DNA from: an uncultured delta proteobacterium
Lineage (GTDB): Bacteria; Desulfobacterota; Binatia; UBA9968
Direction of reading: 5' to 3'
DNA length: 64,000 nucleotides
Assembly: GCA_963745835.1 (NCBI GenBank)
Contig: CAVUZH010000014.1
Coordinates: 480,001 to 544,000 of the forward strand
The notes under the pieces are model-generated. The model did not search any database, was not told where the DNA came from, and saw only the letters and a program-made list of their open reading frames with translations. The translations under genes were made by a program, and so were the position numbers. Positions 1-10,149 of the stretch are shown piece after piece. Position 1 is the stretch's first letter. Each line of letters begins with the position of its first letter.

Positions 1-35
1 TCGGGCGCTTTCTGCCCGACGCTTGGCATCGCCAT
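1..35 (-). CDS. 5' end of a peroxiredoxin (Bcp/AhpC-TSA family), runs off the window edge
   Basis: AGGAGG RBS (cctcct 41-46) then ATG; translates MAMPSVGQKAP, the typical 'xxVGxxAPxF' peroxiredoxin N-terminus. Only 11 codons are visible. Confidence 0.55.
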   Translation of the reverse strand, partial: MAMPSVGQKAP

Positions 36-80
36 ATCAACCTCCTTCTTGCTGTAAAATAAGGCTCGGGTTTAGCAGCT

Positions 81-623
81 CTAAGCTTTCAAGTAAAGCT
101 TAACGTAGTCCTTGAGGGCGTCGCGCGTGCTGTCGAAGGCGAGATCCGGCCAAGGAACCTGGCTGGCGACGAATGTGGCTGCTTCCACCGACTCATCTCC
201 GGCGGCCAGCTCACCGCCTGTGATATGCGCCCGGTAAACAATGATGACATTGGGAGACTTCGGATAGGAATAAACATCGATAAGCCCGTCCAGTTCCACT
301 CGAAGCCGCGACTCCTCAAGCGTCTCTCGCACCGCAGCCTCCTGAACACTCTCGCCGCGATCGACATAACCGCCGGGAAAGACCCATTTACCCATGGCCG
401 GCTCAACGCCGCGCCGGAGCAATACAACACCGCCGTTCAATGTGAAAATCGTGCCGGCAACGACCTTCGGATCCTGATAAAAGATGAAAGAACAAGCTCG
501 GCATACCAGGCGCTTTGGCTCCATCGCTTTGATCGATCTCTTCTCCAGCGCGCCGCCACAGCGAGGACAGAATCGGTATTCAACATGGCCGTGCGCATGA
601 TGCTGATGATCTGCTGATGTCAT
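81..623 (-). CDS. NUDIX hydrolase with N-terminal zinc ribbon
   Basis: FCPRCG...CRAC zinc ribbon; Nudix box GGYVDRGESVQEAAVRETLEES. Confidence 0.92.
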   Translation of the reverse strand: MTSADHQHHAHGHVEYRFCPRCGGALEKRSIKAMEPKRLVCRACSFIFYQDPKVVAGTIFTLNGGVVLLRRGVEPAMGKWVFPGGYVDRGESVQEAAVRETLEESRLRVELDGLIDVYSYPKSPNVIIVYRAHITGGELAAGDESVEAATFVASQVPWPDLAFDSTRDALKDYVKLYLKA

Positions 624-647
624 AGGTTCTTTTTACCGGATATTTAC

Positions 648-676
648 TTGAAGTAAAAGAAAACTTTCGGTACGGT
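648..676 (+). promoter_or_regulatory. Putative sigma70 promoter giving a near-leaderless mRNA for the HAD gene
   Basis: TTGAAG(648-653)-17 nt-TACGGT(671-676), 5 nt before the ATG at 682; no Shine-Dalgarno visible. Confidence 0.35.
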
Positions 677-681
677 CAACG

Positions 682-1365
682 ATGCTTCGCGCTGTCATTT
701 TCGATTTTAACGGGATCATCGTCGACGACGAACCAATCCATTTCGAGCTATTCCAGCGGGTTCTCAAAGAGGAGGGCATCAAGCTCACCGAAGCAGACTA
801 CTATGCTCGCTATCTTGGCTGCGACGATCGTGGCGCATTCACGACCGCGTATCGTGAGCATGGCCGAGCACTTAGCCATTCAAAGCTCGCCCACTTGATT
901 GAACGCAAAGCCGCCTACTACCAGGAAGACATAAAGAGCAAGATGAGGGTCTTCCCTGGGGTCAAAACGCTAGTCCCCCACCTGGCGCGGAAACTACCTC
1001 TCGCCATCGCTTCGGGCGCTTTAAGAAACGAGATCGAGATCATTCTGTCGGGCATCGGACTCTCGGCACATTTCCGCGCGATCGTGAGCGCGGAGGACGT
1101 TACTCGGGGAAAGCCTGAGCCGGAAATTTTTCTAAAAACATTGGCGCAATTAAACGCCGCTCTCAGTAGCGATCATCCCATCAGCGCGGCCGAATGTCTG
1201 GTCATCGAAGATTCCAAGGAAGGAATCCGTGGCGCTCGTCGCGCCGGCATGAAATGTCTGGCTGTGACCAATTCGCATCCGGCGGAACTTCTCGATGAGG
1301 CCGACAGCATCGTCGATAGCTTAGAAGGGATCGGTCAGTCTCAACTTGAAGCCATATGCTCTTAG
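682..1365 (+). CDS. HAD-family phosphatase (beta-PGM/CbbY-like)
   Basis: Motif I FDFNG, GKPEPEIF, motif IV IEDS. Confidence 0.92.
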   Translation: MLRAVIFDFNGIIVDDEPIHFELFQRVLKEEGIKLTEADYYARYLGCDDRGAFTTAYREHGRALSHSKLAHLIERKAAYYQEDIKSKMRVFPGVKTLVPHLARKLPLAIASGALRNEIEIILSGIGLSAHFRAIVSAEDVTRGKPEPEIFLKTLAQLNAALSSDHPISAAECLVIEDSKEGIRGARRAGMKCLAVTNSHPAELLDEADSIVDSLEGIGQSQLEAICS

Positions 1366-1379
1366 CGCCCGACTACGAA

Positions 1380-2099
1380 TTAACGGTAGGGACTTTTTTG
1401 TGGCCGCAGAGTGATTTCCACCGGACAACAGGTCGGCGCTGAGGCCAGGATGTAGTGAACCGTCTGCGCCACGTCCGCGGGTTGAATCATCTTGCTGCGG
1501 TCGAGTTGCCGGTTGGGCGGAATTAGTGGAGTATCGACAAATCCCGGCAAGATTACAGCAACCTTGATCCCGTACTCGCGCACTTCTTCATACAAGGATT
1601 GCGTGAATCCGATCAAGCCGAACTTCGACGCCGAATAGGCAGCGCCATTGGCTTCACCGGTTTTTCCTGAGACCGAACCGATATTGATCACTGCTCCCTC
1701 GCCTTTTTCAATCATGCTGGGGACAAGCGACCGGGCAAGAATCATTGGCGCGCGGAGATTGAGCCGCAACGTCTGATCCAAATCCTCACTTGGTACTTTG
1801 ACAACCGGCGCGCGCTTTCCCCAACCGGCATTGTTGATCAGGATATCGGGCGCTCCCATGCGCTGCTGGCTTTCTTCGACGAGCCGTTGAATCTCATCGT
1901 CGCGGCTCAAGTCTGCCGCGATAGTGATCGTCTCGCCGCCGGATGTCGATATTTCCTGCTGAACTTGTTCGAGCTGGGCCGATGTGCGGGCGGTTAAAAT
2001 GACCCGACAGCCGCCCTCCGCGAGATTGAACGCAACAGCCCTGCCGATGCCGCGGCCGGCACCGGTAACAATGGCTATTTTCCCCGCGAGGCTGTTCAC
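1380..2099 (-). CDS. SDR family NAD(P)-dependent oxidoreductase
   Basis: TGAGRGIG, NNAG, YSASK. Confidence 0.93.
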   Translation of the reverse strand: MNSLAGKIAIVTGAGRGIGRAVAFNLAEGGCRVILTARTSAQLEQVQQEISTSGGETITIAADLSRDDEIQRLVEESQQRMGAPDILINNAGWGKRAPVVKVPSEDLDQTLRLNLRAPMILARSLVPSMIEKGEGAVINIGSVSGKTGEANGAAYSASKFGLIGFTQSLYEEVREYGIKVAVILPGFVDTPLIPPNRQLDRSKMIQPADVAQTVHYILASAPTCCPVEITLRPQKSPYR

Positions 2100-2144
2100 T
2101 GGAATGACTGCGAATCAGGGAATGAGGGTACTGGTTCAGTTTAG

Positions 2145-2272
2145 TCAAGATTTCTTTCCGTTTGAGATAACCGCTCGTGAAGTTCGCTGGAACTGAGGCG
2201 TACGGGCAGTAACGTTGAAGCGAGCCGGGCAAGCGCAAGGACGCATATGAGGCTTTTTCACCAGGTCTGCTA
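2145..2272. repeat. Degenerate copy of an interspersed REP/MITE-like palindromic element
   Basis: GAGGCGTACG..AGTAACGT..AGCGAG.CGG...AGCGCAA..GCA.ATG....TTTTTCACCAG is colinear with 18924-19043; the left boundary is approximate. Confidence 0.6.
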
Positions 2273-2692
2273 ATGAACGGTTGACGGATCGCTTTGCGGC
2301 CCCAAGGGCGCCACCGATGAGCCGTGATGGTGGATCATTCGCCAAGCGCCGGCGTTTTTGAGAAAAACATTCGTAGCCAAAATTGTTACTGAGATGTTCT
2401 GACCCTCAAGGGAACTGGTCAGATTTTCATAGAGCGTCACCCAAGCCACGTTACCGCGGACGTCCACCGAGACATCGGTCAGCATGAACCGCATTGAGGG
2501 TGTGTTCTCAAAAATGCGCCGCCAGCTTTCCATGACGGGTTCCCATCCCCTCAAGATCCGCCACCCCGGATGCCCGCATTGAATGTCGCAATCTTTCGCC
2601 CAAATCCTTTCCATCTCTTTGATGTCAAGGCTTTCGAAAGCACGATAGAAGCTCTCGTTGGCCCTGACAACTTCCAGTTTCTCTTCCTGCAT
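2270..2692 (-). CDS. SnoaL-like / NTF2-family protein
   Basis: MQEEKLEVVRANESFYRAFE...CGHPGW...ATNVF...WRMIHHH. Fused to the upstream cupin in the ORF track only because of a frameshift. Confidence 0.85.
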   Translation of the reverse strand: MQEEKLEVVRANESFYRAFESLDIKEMERIWAKDCDIQCGHPGWRILRGWEPVMESWRRIFENTPSMRFMLTDVSVDVRGNVAWVTLYENLTSSLEGQNISVTILATNVFLKNAGAWRMIHHHGSSVAPLGPQSDPSTVH

Positions 2693-2697
2693 TTGAG

Positions 2698-3019
2698 TCA
2701 ATGCGACGGGTTGGGCGTGATAAACACCAGCACCACCAATTGCTGCTTGGCTGCGATTGCTGACCCCGTGATTTTGTCCTGAAGCAGCCAGCGCCATTTC
2801 TCCCGCGCCTAATTCTTTCTCTTCGTTGCCGACTTGAAACAGACCCCGTCCCTCGACGACGTAGTAAACCTTGTCCTGTCCATCGTGCGTGTGCGGCGCC
2901 TGGGTTTGTCCCGGCTCGAAACAGTAAACATCGCAGACAAACCGATCCGTCCCAAACAGCATATTTTTTTTCATCTTGTCGGCAGCGAACTGCTTTGCCT
3001 CGGCGAGACTTTTGAACAT
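2698..3019 (-). CDS. Cupin domain protein (one extra base near 2750)
   Basis: PHTHDGQDKVYYVVEGRG and NHGV cupin motifs; removing one base restores the typical end KQQLVVLVFITPNPSH-stop (TGA 2698-2700). Confidence 0.8.
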
Positions 3020-3116
3020 AGGTGTGTTTCCTGACTTGGCCTATTGAATAGCTGACCGGATACTACCATAGGGGTAAAAACATGCAAAACCACGCGGAAT
3101 TTGTTATCGCTTAACG

Positions 3117-4291
3117 ATGGATTCGGTACTGATTCGTTATCACGAGATCGCCTTGAAGAAGGGCAATCGCCGGTACTTCATCGAGCTGCTTAAGCGAAAT
3201 CTTATCTCAGCGGTCAAGGATCTCGGCATCAAAGAGATTCGTAGCCTGCCCGCTCGCCTTTTACTGACGTTCAAAGCCGACTACGATACCGAAGTTTTAA
3301 TCGAGCGAATCCGGAGCGTATTCGGCGTAGCAAATTTTTCCATGGTTGAACGAACGCCGAGGGATATCGAAACTCTTCGCGATCGAATCCTCGAATCGCT
3401 TGACGGCAGCCGATTTAGTTCCTTCCGTATCGATACCCAACGCGGCGATAAGACATTCGCTTTGAAGTCGCCGGAGATCAATCGGCAACTTGGCGCCGCG
3501 GTAAAAAATCAAACAGGCGCGCGTGTAGACCTGACCAATGCGGAATTGACGGTGACGGTGGAAATCCTGCCGCGGGACGCTTTCTTTGGTTTCAATAAAA
3601 TTGCCGGACCTGGGGGCTTACCGGTCGGGGCCAGCGGCAGAGTGGTTGCGCTCATTTCGGGAGGCATCGATTCACCGGTCGGCGCTTATCGGATGATGCA
3701 GCGCGGTTGTCGTTTGATCTTCGTTCACTTTCACAGCACTCCGTATCTCGATCAGACGTCTCAGGAGAAAGTGCGCCAGCTCGTCGCGCGAGCTGACCCG
3801 CCGCCAATTCCAATCGCGGCTTTACCTGATCCCATTCGGAGAGATTCAGCGGCAAATCGTTGCCGCTGTCGCCCGACCGCTGCGGGTCATCTTATATCGG
3901 CGAATGATGCTGCGAATTGCCGAGCAGGTCGCGCGTCGCGAAAAATGCCAAGCCCTGGTTACCGGCGAAAGTCTTGCTCAGGTGGCGTCACAAACCTTGG
4001 AGAATATGGCGGTGATTCAACAGGCAGCGCAGCTGCCGATTCTTCGGCCGCTGGTCGGAATGGACAAACAGGAAATCATCGATCAGGCGCGCCGCATCGG
4101 CACTTACGAGATCTCCTCGATTCCAGACCAGGACTGTTGCCAGCTTTTCGTTCCGAAACATCCGGCTACCAAGGCGCGCCTCGCTGACGTCCGGAGAGGA
4201 TGAAAGCAGGCTCGACATAGAGGCACTGATCCGTCTAGGAACTACCAACGCCACCGAGGAACAATTCATTTTTCCCGCACCGGCTCGGTAA
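3117..4291 (+). CDS. thiI: tRNA 4-thiouridine(8) synthase ThiI (two frameshifts, about 3790 and 4196)
   Basis: LIRYHEIALKKGNR N-terminus, THUMP domain, PP-loop LISGGIDSPV, TGESLAQVASQT, DCC; reading continues in other frames to TAA 4289-4291. Confidence 0.92.
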
Positions 4292-4502
4292 TTTGTCCTT
4301 CTCCGCATATTGATGGCCCCGTTGAAGTGAACCGTAATCGGAGAACAACAGCGGCCAAACGATCGCGTCCCGCCGCGGCTATCCTGAGGGGGCGGTATCT
4401 ATGCCAAGAGTATATCTGTCATTGTGCTGACGGTGGGATATGCCGGGCGCGGCCACGCTTAATCTTAACCAGACTCCGGCATGAGGCAGCGAGAACCTTC
4501 GA

Positions 4503-4541
4503 CTCAACTACGGCATAGTTGAGCAGCGATGCCATAGTTGA
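4503..4541. terminator. Hairpin between convergent thiI and the decarboxylase-like gene
   Basis: CTCAACTA-cggca-TAGTTGAG perfect 8-bp stem; a second TAGTTGA copy at 4535-4541 allows alternative pairing. Confidence 0.4.
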
Positions 4542-4545
4542 TTGG

Positions 4546-5517
4546 TTAAATGTATTGTTGAATCCGCTGCAGGCTCGGTGGAAAAAATAACTCCTCCGGC
4601 TCGAGCTTTCGTTTGATCATTCCTTGCTCGTATTCGTATCGGATTGCCGCCTCCAACGTCCTTCGGTTGTCTTCCAGATTGTAGGGCCAAGGGTCGGGAC
4701 CAAAGATCTCGCGTTGTTCTCGGATAAGATCCTGAACCCAGACAAGGGCAAAACTGCGCGGATCGCTATTGCGTTCGTAACAAATCTCTTTCGCTCTCTG
4801 AAACGCCCGCACCAGGCTGACTCCCACCCACGGGTTTTTCTCGAGAATCGTGTTCTTCACAACGACGGTGTGCATGATCGGAAAGTGGCCGCCGTTTTTG
4901 TAGTACTCCATTTCGGCCTTCTTTGGATCGGCAAACAACAAGGCCACTTTAGGCGAGCCCTTTTTTATCGATGGCAACGTCTCCGGATAGAGCGCCGCTT
5001 CGAGTTCGCCATCGAGCAGCATTTGATCGACGTTTTTCCCCGGCGGCACGCGCTTGACGTTCATCCACTTTGCCGGTTCGAAAGCGATGTCCTCTTCCTC
5101 CTGGCACCACCATTCGATGGACTTCAAGTCGACGCCGTAATAGTCCTGAAGGATGCCGCGCATCCACAGCCCGGCGGAGTTCTGTAAGGTATCAAGAGCC
5201 ACTCTCTTGCCGTTTAGGTCCGACGGTTTGTCGATGCCGCAGCCGGTTCTCTTGACCATGTAGGAGTGCCGAAACCGGCGGTGCGGGAAAACCGGAATCG
5301 CGGTGTAGTTGCAGCCGCGATCATGAGACACCAAATAGGCGATCAGTGACAGCTCGCAGACGTCGAATTCTTCATGCCGGAGCATCCGGCCATGCCGCTC
5401 TGGAGAGGGCATGGTGAGTACATTTAAATCAATACCCTGCGGCTGGATTTCGCCATTGATCAATGGCCGCAAGAAATCATAGTCGCCGCAAGCCAGGGTA
5501 AGTTTCAATCTGGACAT
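4546..5517 (-). CDS. 4,5-dihydroxyphthalate decarboxylase-like protein (periplasmic-binding fold, no signal peptide)
   Basis: LTLACGDYD, FDVCELS, IPVFPHRRFRHS, FPIMHTVVVK, DPWPY family motifs. Confidence 0.8.
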   Translation of the reverse strand: MSRLKLTLACGDYDFLRPLINGEIQPQGIDLNVLTMPSPERHGRMLRHEEFDVCELSLIAYLVSHDRGCNYTAIPVFPHRRFRHSYMVKRTGCGIDKPSDLNGKRVALDTLQNSAGLWMRGILQDYYGVDLKSIEWWCQEEEDIAFEPAKWMNVKRVPPGKNVDQMLLDGELEAALYPETLPSIKKGSPKVALLFADPKKAEMEYYKNGGHFPIMHTVVVKNTILEKNPWVGVSLVRAFQRAKEICYERNSDPRSFALVWVQDLIREQREIFGPDPWPYNLEDNRRTLEAAIRYEYEQGMIKRKLEPEELFFPPSLQRIQQYI

Positions 5518-6108
5518 TTATTCTCCTCTAACATGTTGTCGATATAATTCAGGGGTATCGATATCTAAGGTGATGCCCTCATCCTGCCATTCAATCTCCA
5601 GTGTCTCTTGGCGATGCGCATTAACCACCGCCTTGGCGCCCTGATCAAAGGGAGCATTGAGCAACTCTCCGAATAGTTGCCGCGAAAAAATAACCGGGTG
5701 ACCGCGCTTCCCTTTATAGCGCGGCACCACGATCATTTTTTTTGTTTCGAAGAAACTCTCGATCAGCGCGTCCACCAGCGCAACATCGATAAACGGATGA
5801 TCCACTAAATGCACCAGCATGCCATCGCAGCGATCATCGCCACTGATATGACGTATGGCCGCCTGCAAGGACGATAGTTGGCCGCTGCGGTAATCGGGAT
5901 TGATCACGACCTCGACCGGCAAATGCTCGATTTGGCCGCGCAACTGATCGGCATGATGACCCAAGACAACGATGGTTCGACCTACCCTGCTTTGCCCGAT
6001 CACACGGATGATCCGTTCGATAAACTTCTGGCCTTGGATGGGCAGCAGCGCCTTGGGACGGCCCATGCGACTGGACTCGCCCGCGGAAAGAACAACGGCG
6101 ATGATCAT
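5518..6108 (-). CDS. Nucleotidyltransferase, MocA-like (molybdenum cofactor cytidylyltransferase family)
   Basis: VVLSAGESSRMGRPKALL, GQLSSL, GHPVIF, DIDTP; true start MIIAVV at 6108. Confidence 0.88.
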   Translation of the reverse strand: MIIAVVLSAGESSRMGRPKALLPIQGQKFIERIIRVIGQSRVGRTIVVLGHHADQLRGQIEHLPVEVVINPDYRSGQLSSLQAAIRHISGDDRCDGMLVHLVDHPFIDVALVDALIESFFETKKMIVVPRYKGKRGHPVIFSRQLFGELLNAPFDQGAKAVVNAHRQETLEIEWQDEGITLDIDTPELYRQHVRGE

Positions 6109-6124
6109 GCGTATTTTGTGTGAC

Positions 6125-7111
6125 CTACTTGTAGACTTTGTCGATAAACCCGGTCTTCTCCAATTCGCGTACGATGCTGTCGTCGACGATATCCTCGACG
6201 CGCAAAGTAGCGCCCGGCTTTCGCGCCAGCGCCTCTTTGATTTGCACCTCGGTTCCTTCGCGGGTAACCAATGGGACACGATCGTGCAACTTCACGTTGG
6301 CGGCCCAGGATGACTCTAGGAATTGCGGATTGTTCTGACGCGTGTACTTGGCGATAAATTTCATGGTGTCTTGCTTACGAGTCTTAAGGAAATGGGTCGC
6401 TTCGATGAGCGCCATCGTGAGCTTTCTCAAAGTTTCCCGGTTGCTCGCCAGATAACTCTTTGTGGTGGTAGAGCAAATATAGGGAAAATCGAAACGCTTT
6501 TGAAAGTCCGCCGTGCTGATCATGATCCGATGGGGCATACCCTTGGCAAGGTGAATGGTTCCGGGCGGTGACGGAAAGCCGACGATTTTACCCGTTCTAA
6601 ACGCCGCCGCTCGCTCCGACGGGCCACCCACTTGCATGATTGGCACGTCCTTCACCGGCTCCAAACCCAATCCTTTGATCAGTACCCTTGCCGCCACATC
6701 CGAGGCACTTCCCACGCGGCTGATGCCGACGCTTTTCCCCTTCAAATCTTCCACCGATTTCACCGACTCCTGAACCACCAGTTCGTAGGGCAACGTATTG
6801 ATGTAGCATGCGGTCATGATCAGGTTGGCGCCGGCCACGACTGCACTCGCCACCGCGCCCCCGGAGCTGTTGGCAACCTGAATATCGCCTGAAACCAACG
6901 TGGAGACGCTCATTGTCGAGCTTTGGATGAAAACCAGCTCGACATCGAGTCCATGTTTCCTATACAGCCCCGCATCGAGTGCGGTGAACCACACCACATT
7001 GGATGCGTCGGCTGAACTGTAGGCGATTTTGATCCGTTCTTGGCTAAAGGACTGCGCCGTCAGAACTAACAACAAAACAACTGCCAACCATGTCTCTACC
7101 ACGATCCTCAT
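6125..7111 (-). CDS. ABC transporter substrate-binding protein (SsuA/NMT1-like)
   Basis: Signal peptide; KHGLDVELV, DLKGKSVGISRVGS, DIVDDSIVREL...GFIDKVY. Confidence 0.9.
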   Translation of the reverse strand: MRIVVETWLAVVLLLVLTAQSFSQERIKIAYSSADASNVVWFTALDAGLYRKHGLDVELVFIQSSTMSVSTLVSGDIQVANSSGGAVASAVVAGANLIMTACYINTLPYELVVQESVKSVEDLKGKSVGISRVGSASDVAARVLIKGLGLEPVKDVPIMQVGGPSERAAAFRTGKIVGFPSPPGTIHLAKGMPHRIMISTADFQKRFDFPYICSTTTKSYLASNRETLRKLTMALIEATHFLKTRKQDTMKFIAKYTRQNNPQFLESSWAANVKLHDRVPLVTREGTEVQIKEALARKPGATLRVEDIVDDSIVRELEKTGFIDKVYK

Positions 7112-7260
7112 CGTACCTCCGAAACGCGCGATGAAACTTTTCTAGCACACAAGCTTGCGTAGGAAACAATAACGAAAAGTGGGACGATCGAATGATGGGC
7201 AAGGTGGTCAACGAAACGTGGCTGTTCAAGGGAACGGGCCCGTAAAAGAACTACGAAAGA

Positions 7261-8364
7261 TTACTGCTCGGCAGGCAGGGCCATACAGTCGCCCACCGGC
7301 AATTCCACCCAAACAGTGTCGCCGCGGCGCACTCGAAGCGAATGGGGTTGATGAGTCTCTAGGACATTCTTGCCGAGCTCGATTGTGCAATCGACATACT
7401 CGCCGAGAAACATCGCCGCACCGATCTTACCCTCCAAGAGATTGTCTCCCTGCGAGGGCTTCTTTTGATGCAAGACAATGCTTTCCGGGCGCACCACAAC
7501 GACGACCTTGTCGCCGGCTTTCAATTCACTCAAAATCCCGCAGGAGATTTCCCCCTCTTCGGTTCTCACGATGCCGGTTCCATCGCCTCCCCGGTTTGTG
7601 ACTTGCCCGCTGATTTGATTGGTCGAGCCGATGAATTGCGCGACAAATTTGCTCCTGGGCTGAAGATAGATCTCGCGCGGAGTCCCTTCCTGAACAGTCA
7701 CCCCGGCGCTCATCACCGCAATGACATTGGACATCGATAATGCTTCGATCTGATCATGCGTAACATACAAGGTAGTGATGCCCAGGCGCCGCTGCAATTC
7801 GCGAAGCTCCACGCGCATGCGCTCGCGCAGCTTGGCATCGAGATTACTTAGCGGCTCATCCAAGAGCAGGACTTTCGGCTCTCGGACCAGCGCCCGAGCT
7901 AACGCAAGACGTTGCTGCTGGCCGCCGGAAAGCTGCGTCGCCATACGGTCTTCGTAACCTCCCAACTCGACCTGCTCAACGGCGGTCATCACCTTCCTTC
8001 GAATCACGTCGTTGCTCACCTTCTGTTTGCCCACCCTCAGGGGAAAGGCGACATTCTCAAAAACTGTCATGTGCGGCCAAATGGCATAGCTCTGGAAAAC
8101 CATGCCGATAGGCCGGCGATAAGCCGGCACAAACGTGCGCCCAGAGGCGGAAAAAACCTTCTCTCCCGCGACGATGATTTCGCCTTCGTCCGCCTTTTCC
8201 AAGCCGGCGATACATCTAAGCGTCGTCGTCTTGCCACAACCCGAGGGTCCCAAAAGGGTATAGAATCGTCCCTCTTCAACATTGAAGGAGACCCGGTCAA
8301 CCGCCCTTACTCCGGCGTTCTTACCGTCGGCAAAGATCTTAACCAATGACTTAACTTCGATCAC
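7261..8364 (-). CDS. ABC transporter ATP-binding protein (FbpC/PotA type)
   Basis: GPSGCGKT, LSGGQQQR, LLLDEP, C-terminal TOBE-like domain. Confidence 0.95.
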   Translation of the reverse strand: MIEVKSLVKIFADGKNAGVRAVDRVSFNVEEGRFYTLLGPSGCGKTTTLRCIAGLEKADEGEIIVAGEKVFSASGRTFVPAYRRPIGMVFQSYAIWPHMTVFENVAFPLRVGKQKVSNDVIRRKVMTAVEQVELGGYEDRMATQLSGGQQQRLALARALVREPKVLLLDEPLSNLDAKLRERMRVELRELQRRLGITTLYVTHDQIEALSMSNVIAVMSAGVTVQEGTPREIYLQPRSKFVAQFIGSTNQISGQVTNRGGDGTGIVRTEEGEISCGILSELKAGDKVVVVVRPESIVLHQKKPSQGDNLLEGKIGAAMFLGEYVDCTIELGKNVLETHQPHSLRVRRGDTVWVELPVGDCMALPAEQ

Positions 8365-8376
8365 AACTGCTTTCCC

Positions 8377-10107
8377 TTATGTCTGAATGCCAAACCGTCC
8401 AGAGACTTTGTAAAAAACCGCCACTATCGAAAGCAAGACAACAATCATCAAGATCCCGATGGCCGCGACAATCGTCACCTGCCCTTGCTCAAACATGGTA
8501 AACAACAGAATCGATAGCACGCGGCTGTCCCCGGTTGCCAGCAACACTGAAGTCGAAAATTCGCGAAATGAAACGATGCAGATGTAAATCCAACCGGCGG
8601 CAATTCCCGGCCTGAGAAGCGGCAAAGTCACACGCTTGAAGGTCTGCCACCATGACGCTCCTGAAGCGGAGGCTGCCTCTTCCAATTCGCTATGAATCTG
8701 CACAATGGCGCCGGACGCCGAGCGCATGCCATAAGGCATATAACGGGTCACATAGGCGATCAGCAGCAACCAGATCGTTCCATAAATCGGCAAGGGAAAA
8801 GCGACATAAAGAAGAATCAAAGCCATGCCCATGACGATGCCCGGAACGGTAATCGGTATGAAAGCCAAAAAATCCAGCAGCCATGATCCAGGAACCCGGC
8901 TTTTATAGACAACCCAGGCGATCAGGGACGTCAGCATCATCGCAACTGTAGCGGTTAGCGTCGCGAGAATGATGCTATTTTTAAGCGCATCCCAGAACGG
9001 CCTGAATCCCCCGAGGTAGCGATAATTATCGAAGCTTAACTTCTCCACGGCATCCCAGCCGGGAGTGGCGAAGAACGGCAGGAACGACGCCCAGAATAAC
9101 ACCAGAAATGGAAGGAGGACGACGAACACGAAATAGACCATCAGGAAGCTGAAGCCGACCCATTTCCATGGCCCGAGATCGAACTGGCGTGGACGAAAAG
9201 CTTTACCGGTCACGGTTTGAAATTTTTTGCTTTCCCGCGTCGATCGGGTGTACAGCCAAACGCCTATGGCGCTCAGCAAAAGTAAGCCCACTGCCAGCGC
9301 AGCGCCCCTTCCATAATCAGGCGGGTACTCGTTAAAAGCTAAATAAATTTCACTAGTGTAGACGTAAATACGCGCCGGAATACCGATAAGCGCCGGCGTT
9401 TCGAATGATTCCAATGTGCGAACGAATAGAATCAAAAGCACGGAAGCGGTGGTTGGCATAAGCAAGCGAAACGTCACACGACGAAAGGTCTGCCATGTAT
9501 TCGCCCCCGACATCATCGCCGACTCCTCCAGCGAAGGATCCATCGATTTGAACGCCGCGACCATAAGCAGGAATGCCAGCGGCACCTGCCCGACCGAATG
9601 AACCCAGATCATGCCGGGAAGAGAAAACACATTGAAAGGAGGCGATTGCAACCCGAAGAGCCATTGTAGCCAGACGTTGAGATAACCGAACTTGGGGCTC
9701 AGAAGAAATATCCAGGCGATCGACTCGAGCACGCCCGGCAGGATCAGCGGCACGACCGCAATCGGCACGAAAAGACCTCGTAGCGGTGTATTGGTCCTTT
9801 CGGTGAGCCACGCCAGCATCGTCCCCAGCAGAAATGTCAATGTCGCCGATCCCGATGCGAAAATGATGGAATTTACGAAAGTTGAATAGGTATACGGGCT
9901 GGCGTAGGCAGCATAATAATTTTCCAGAGTAACAACAAATTCTCTCGGCGCAATTTCCTTCTCGAAGCTGCCGTAAACCAGCATGAACAACGGCAACACC
10001 GCCAGATAGATCAGGACGGCGGCGCCGATAATGGGAATTATCAGCGCCGGCTCGCGCAATAGTCGAAAGCCCGTCGTCTCGGTTCTTGGCAAAACGTCTG
10101 TCGCCAT
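8377..10107 (-). CDS. Iron(III)-type ABC transporter permease (FbpB-like, double domain)
   Basis: Many TM segments and two EAA loops (LEESAMMSGA, LEEAASASGA). Confidence 0.93.
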   Translation of the reverse strand: MATDVLPRTETTGFRLLREPALIIPIIGAAVLIYLAVLPLFMLVYGSFEKEIAPREFVVTLENYYAAYASPYTYSTFVNSIIFASGSATLTFLLGTMLAWLTERTNTPLRGLFVPIAVVPLILPGVLESIAWIFLLSPKFGYLNVWLQWLFGLQSPPFNVFSLPGMIWVHSVGQVPLAFLLMVAAFKSMDPSLEESAMMSGANTWQTFRRVTFRLLMPTTASVLLILFVRTLESFETPALIGIPARIYVYTSEIYLAFNEYPPDYGRGAALAVGLLLLSAIGVWLYTRSTRESKKFQTVTGKAFRPRQFDLGPWKWVGFSFLMVYFVFVVLLPFLVLFWASFLPFFATPGWDAVEKLSFDNYRYLGGFRPFWDALKNSIILATLTATVAMMLTSLIAWVVYKSRVPGSWLLDFLAFIPITVPGIVMGMALILLYVAFPLPIYGTIWLLLIAYVTRYMPYGMRSASGAIVQIHSELEEAASASGASWWQTFKRVTLPLLRPGIAAGWIYICIVSFREFSTSVLLATGDSRVLSILLFTMFEQGQVTIVAAIGILMIVVLLSIVAVFYKVSGRFGIQT

Positions 10108-10149
10108 GATTAATCAAGCCTCCGGCTTCAGGTTCCTACCATAGACTTG

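Noticed and set aside
2270-3019. Apparent cupin-SnoaL fusion protein (249 aa)
   Set aside because: Removing one base near 2750 restores a normal cupin C-terminus and stop codon just before the SnoaL ATG; the fusion is most likely an indel artefact.
3064-3076. CsoR-like operator TACCATAGGGGTA
   Set aside because: Short, imperfect, and not adjacent to metal-handling genes.
3780-4200. Programmed frameshifting in thiI
   Set aside because: No slippery heptamer or stimulatory structure; it matches the window-wide single-base indel pattern.
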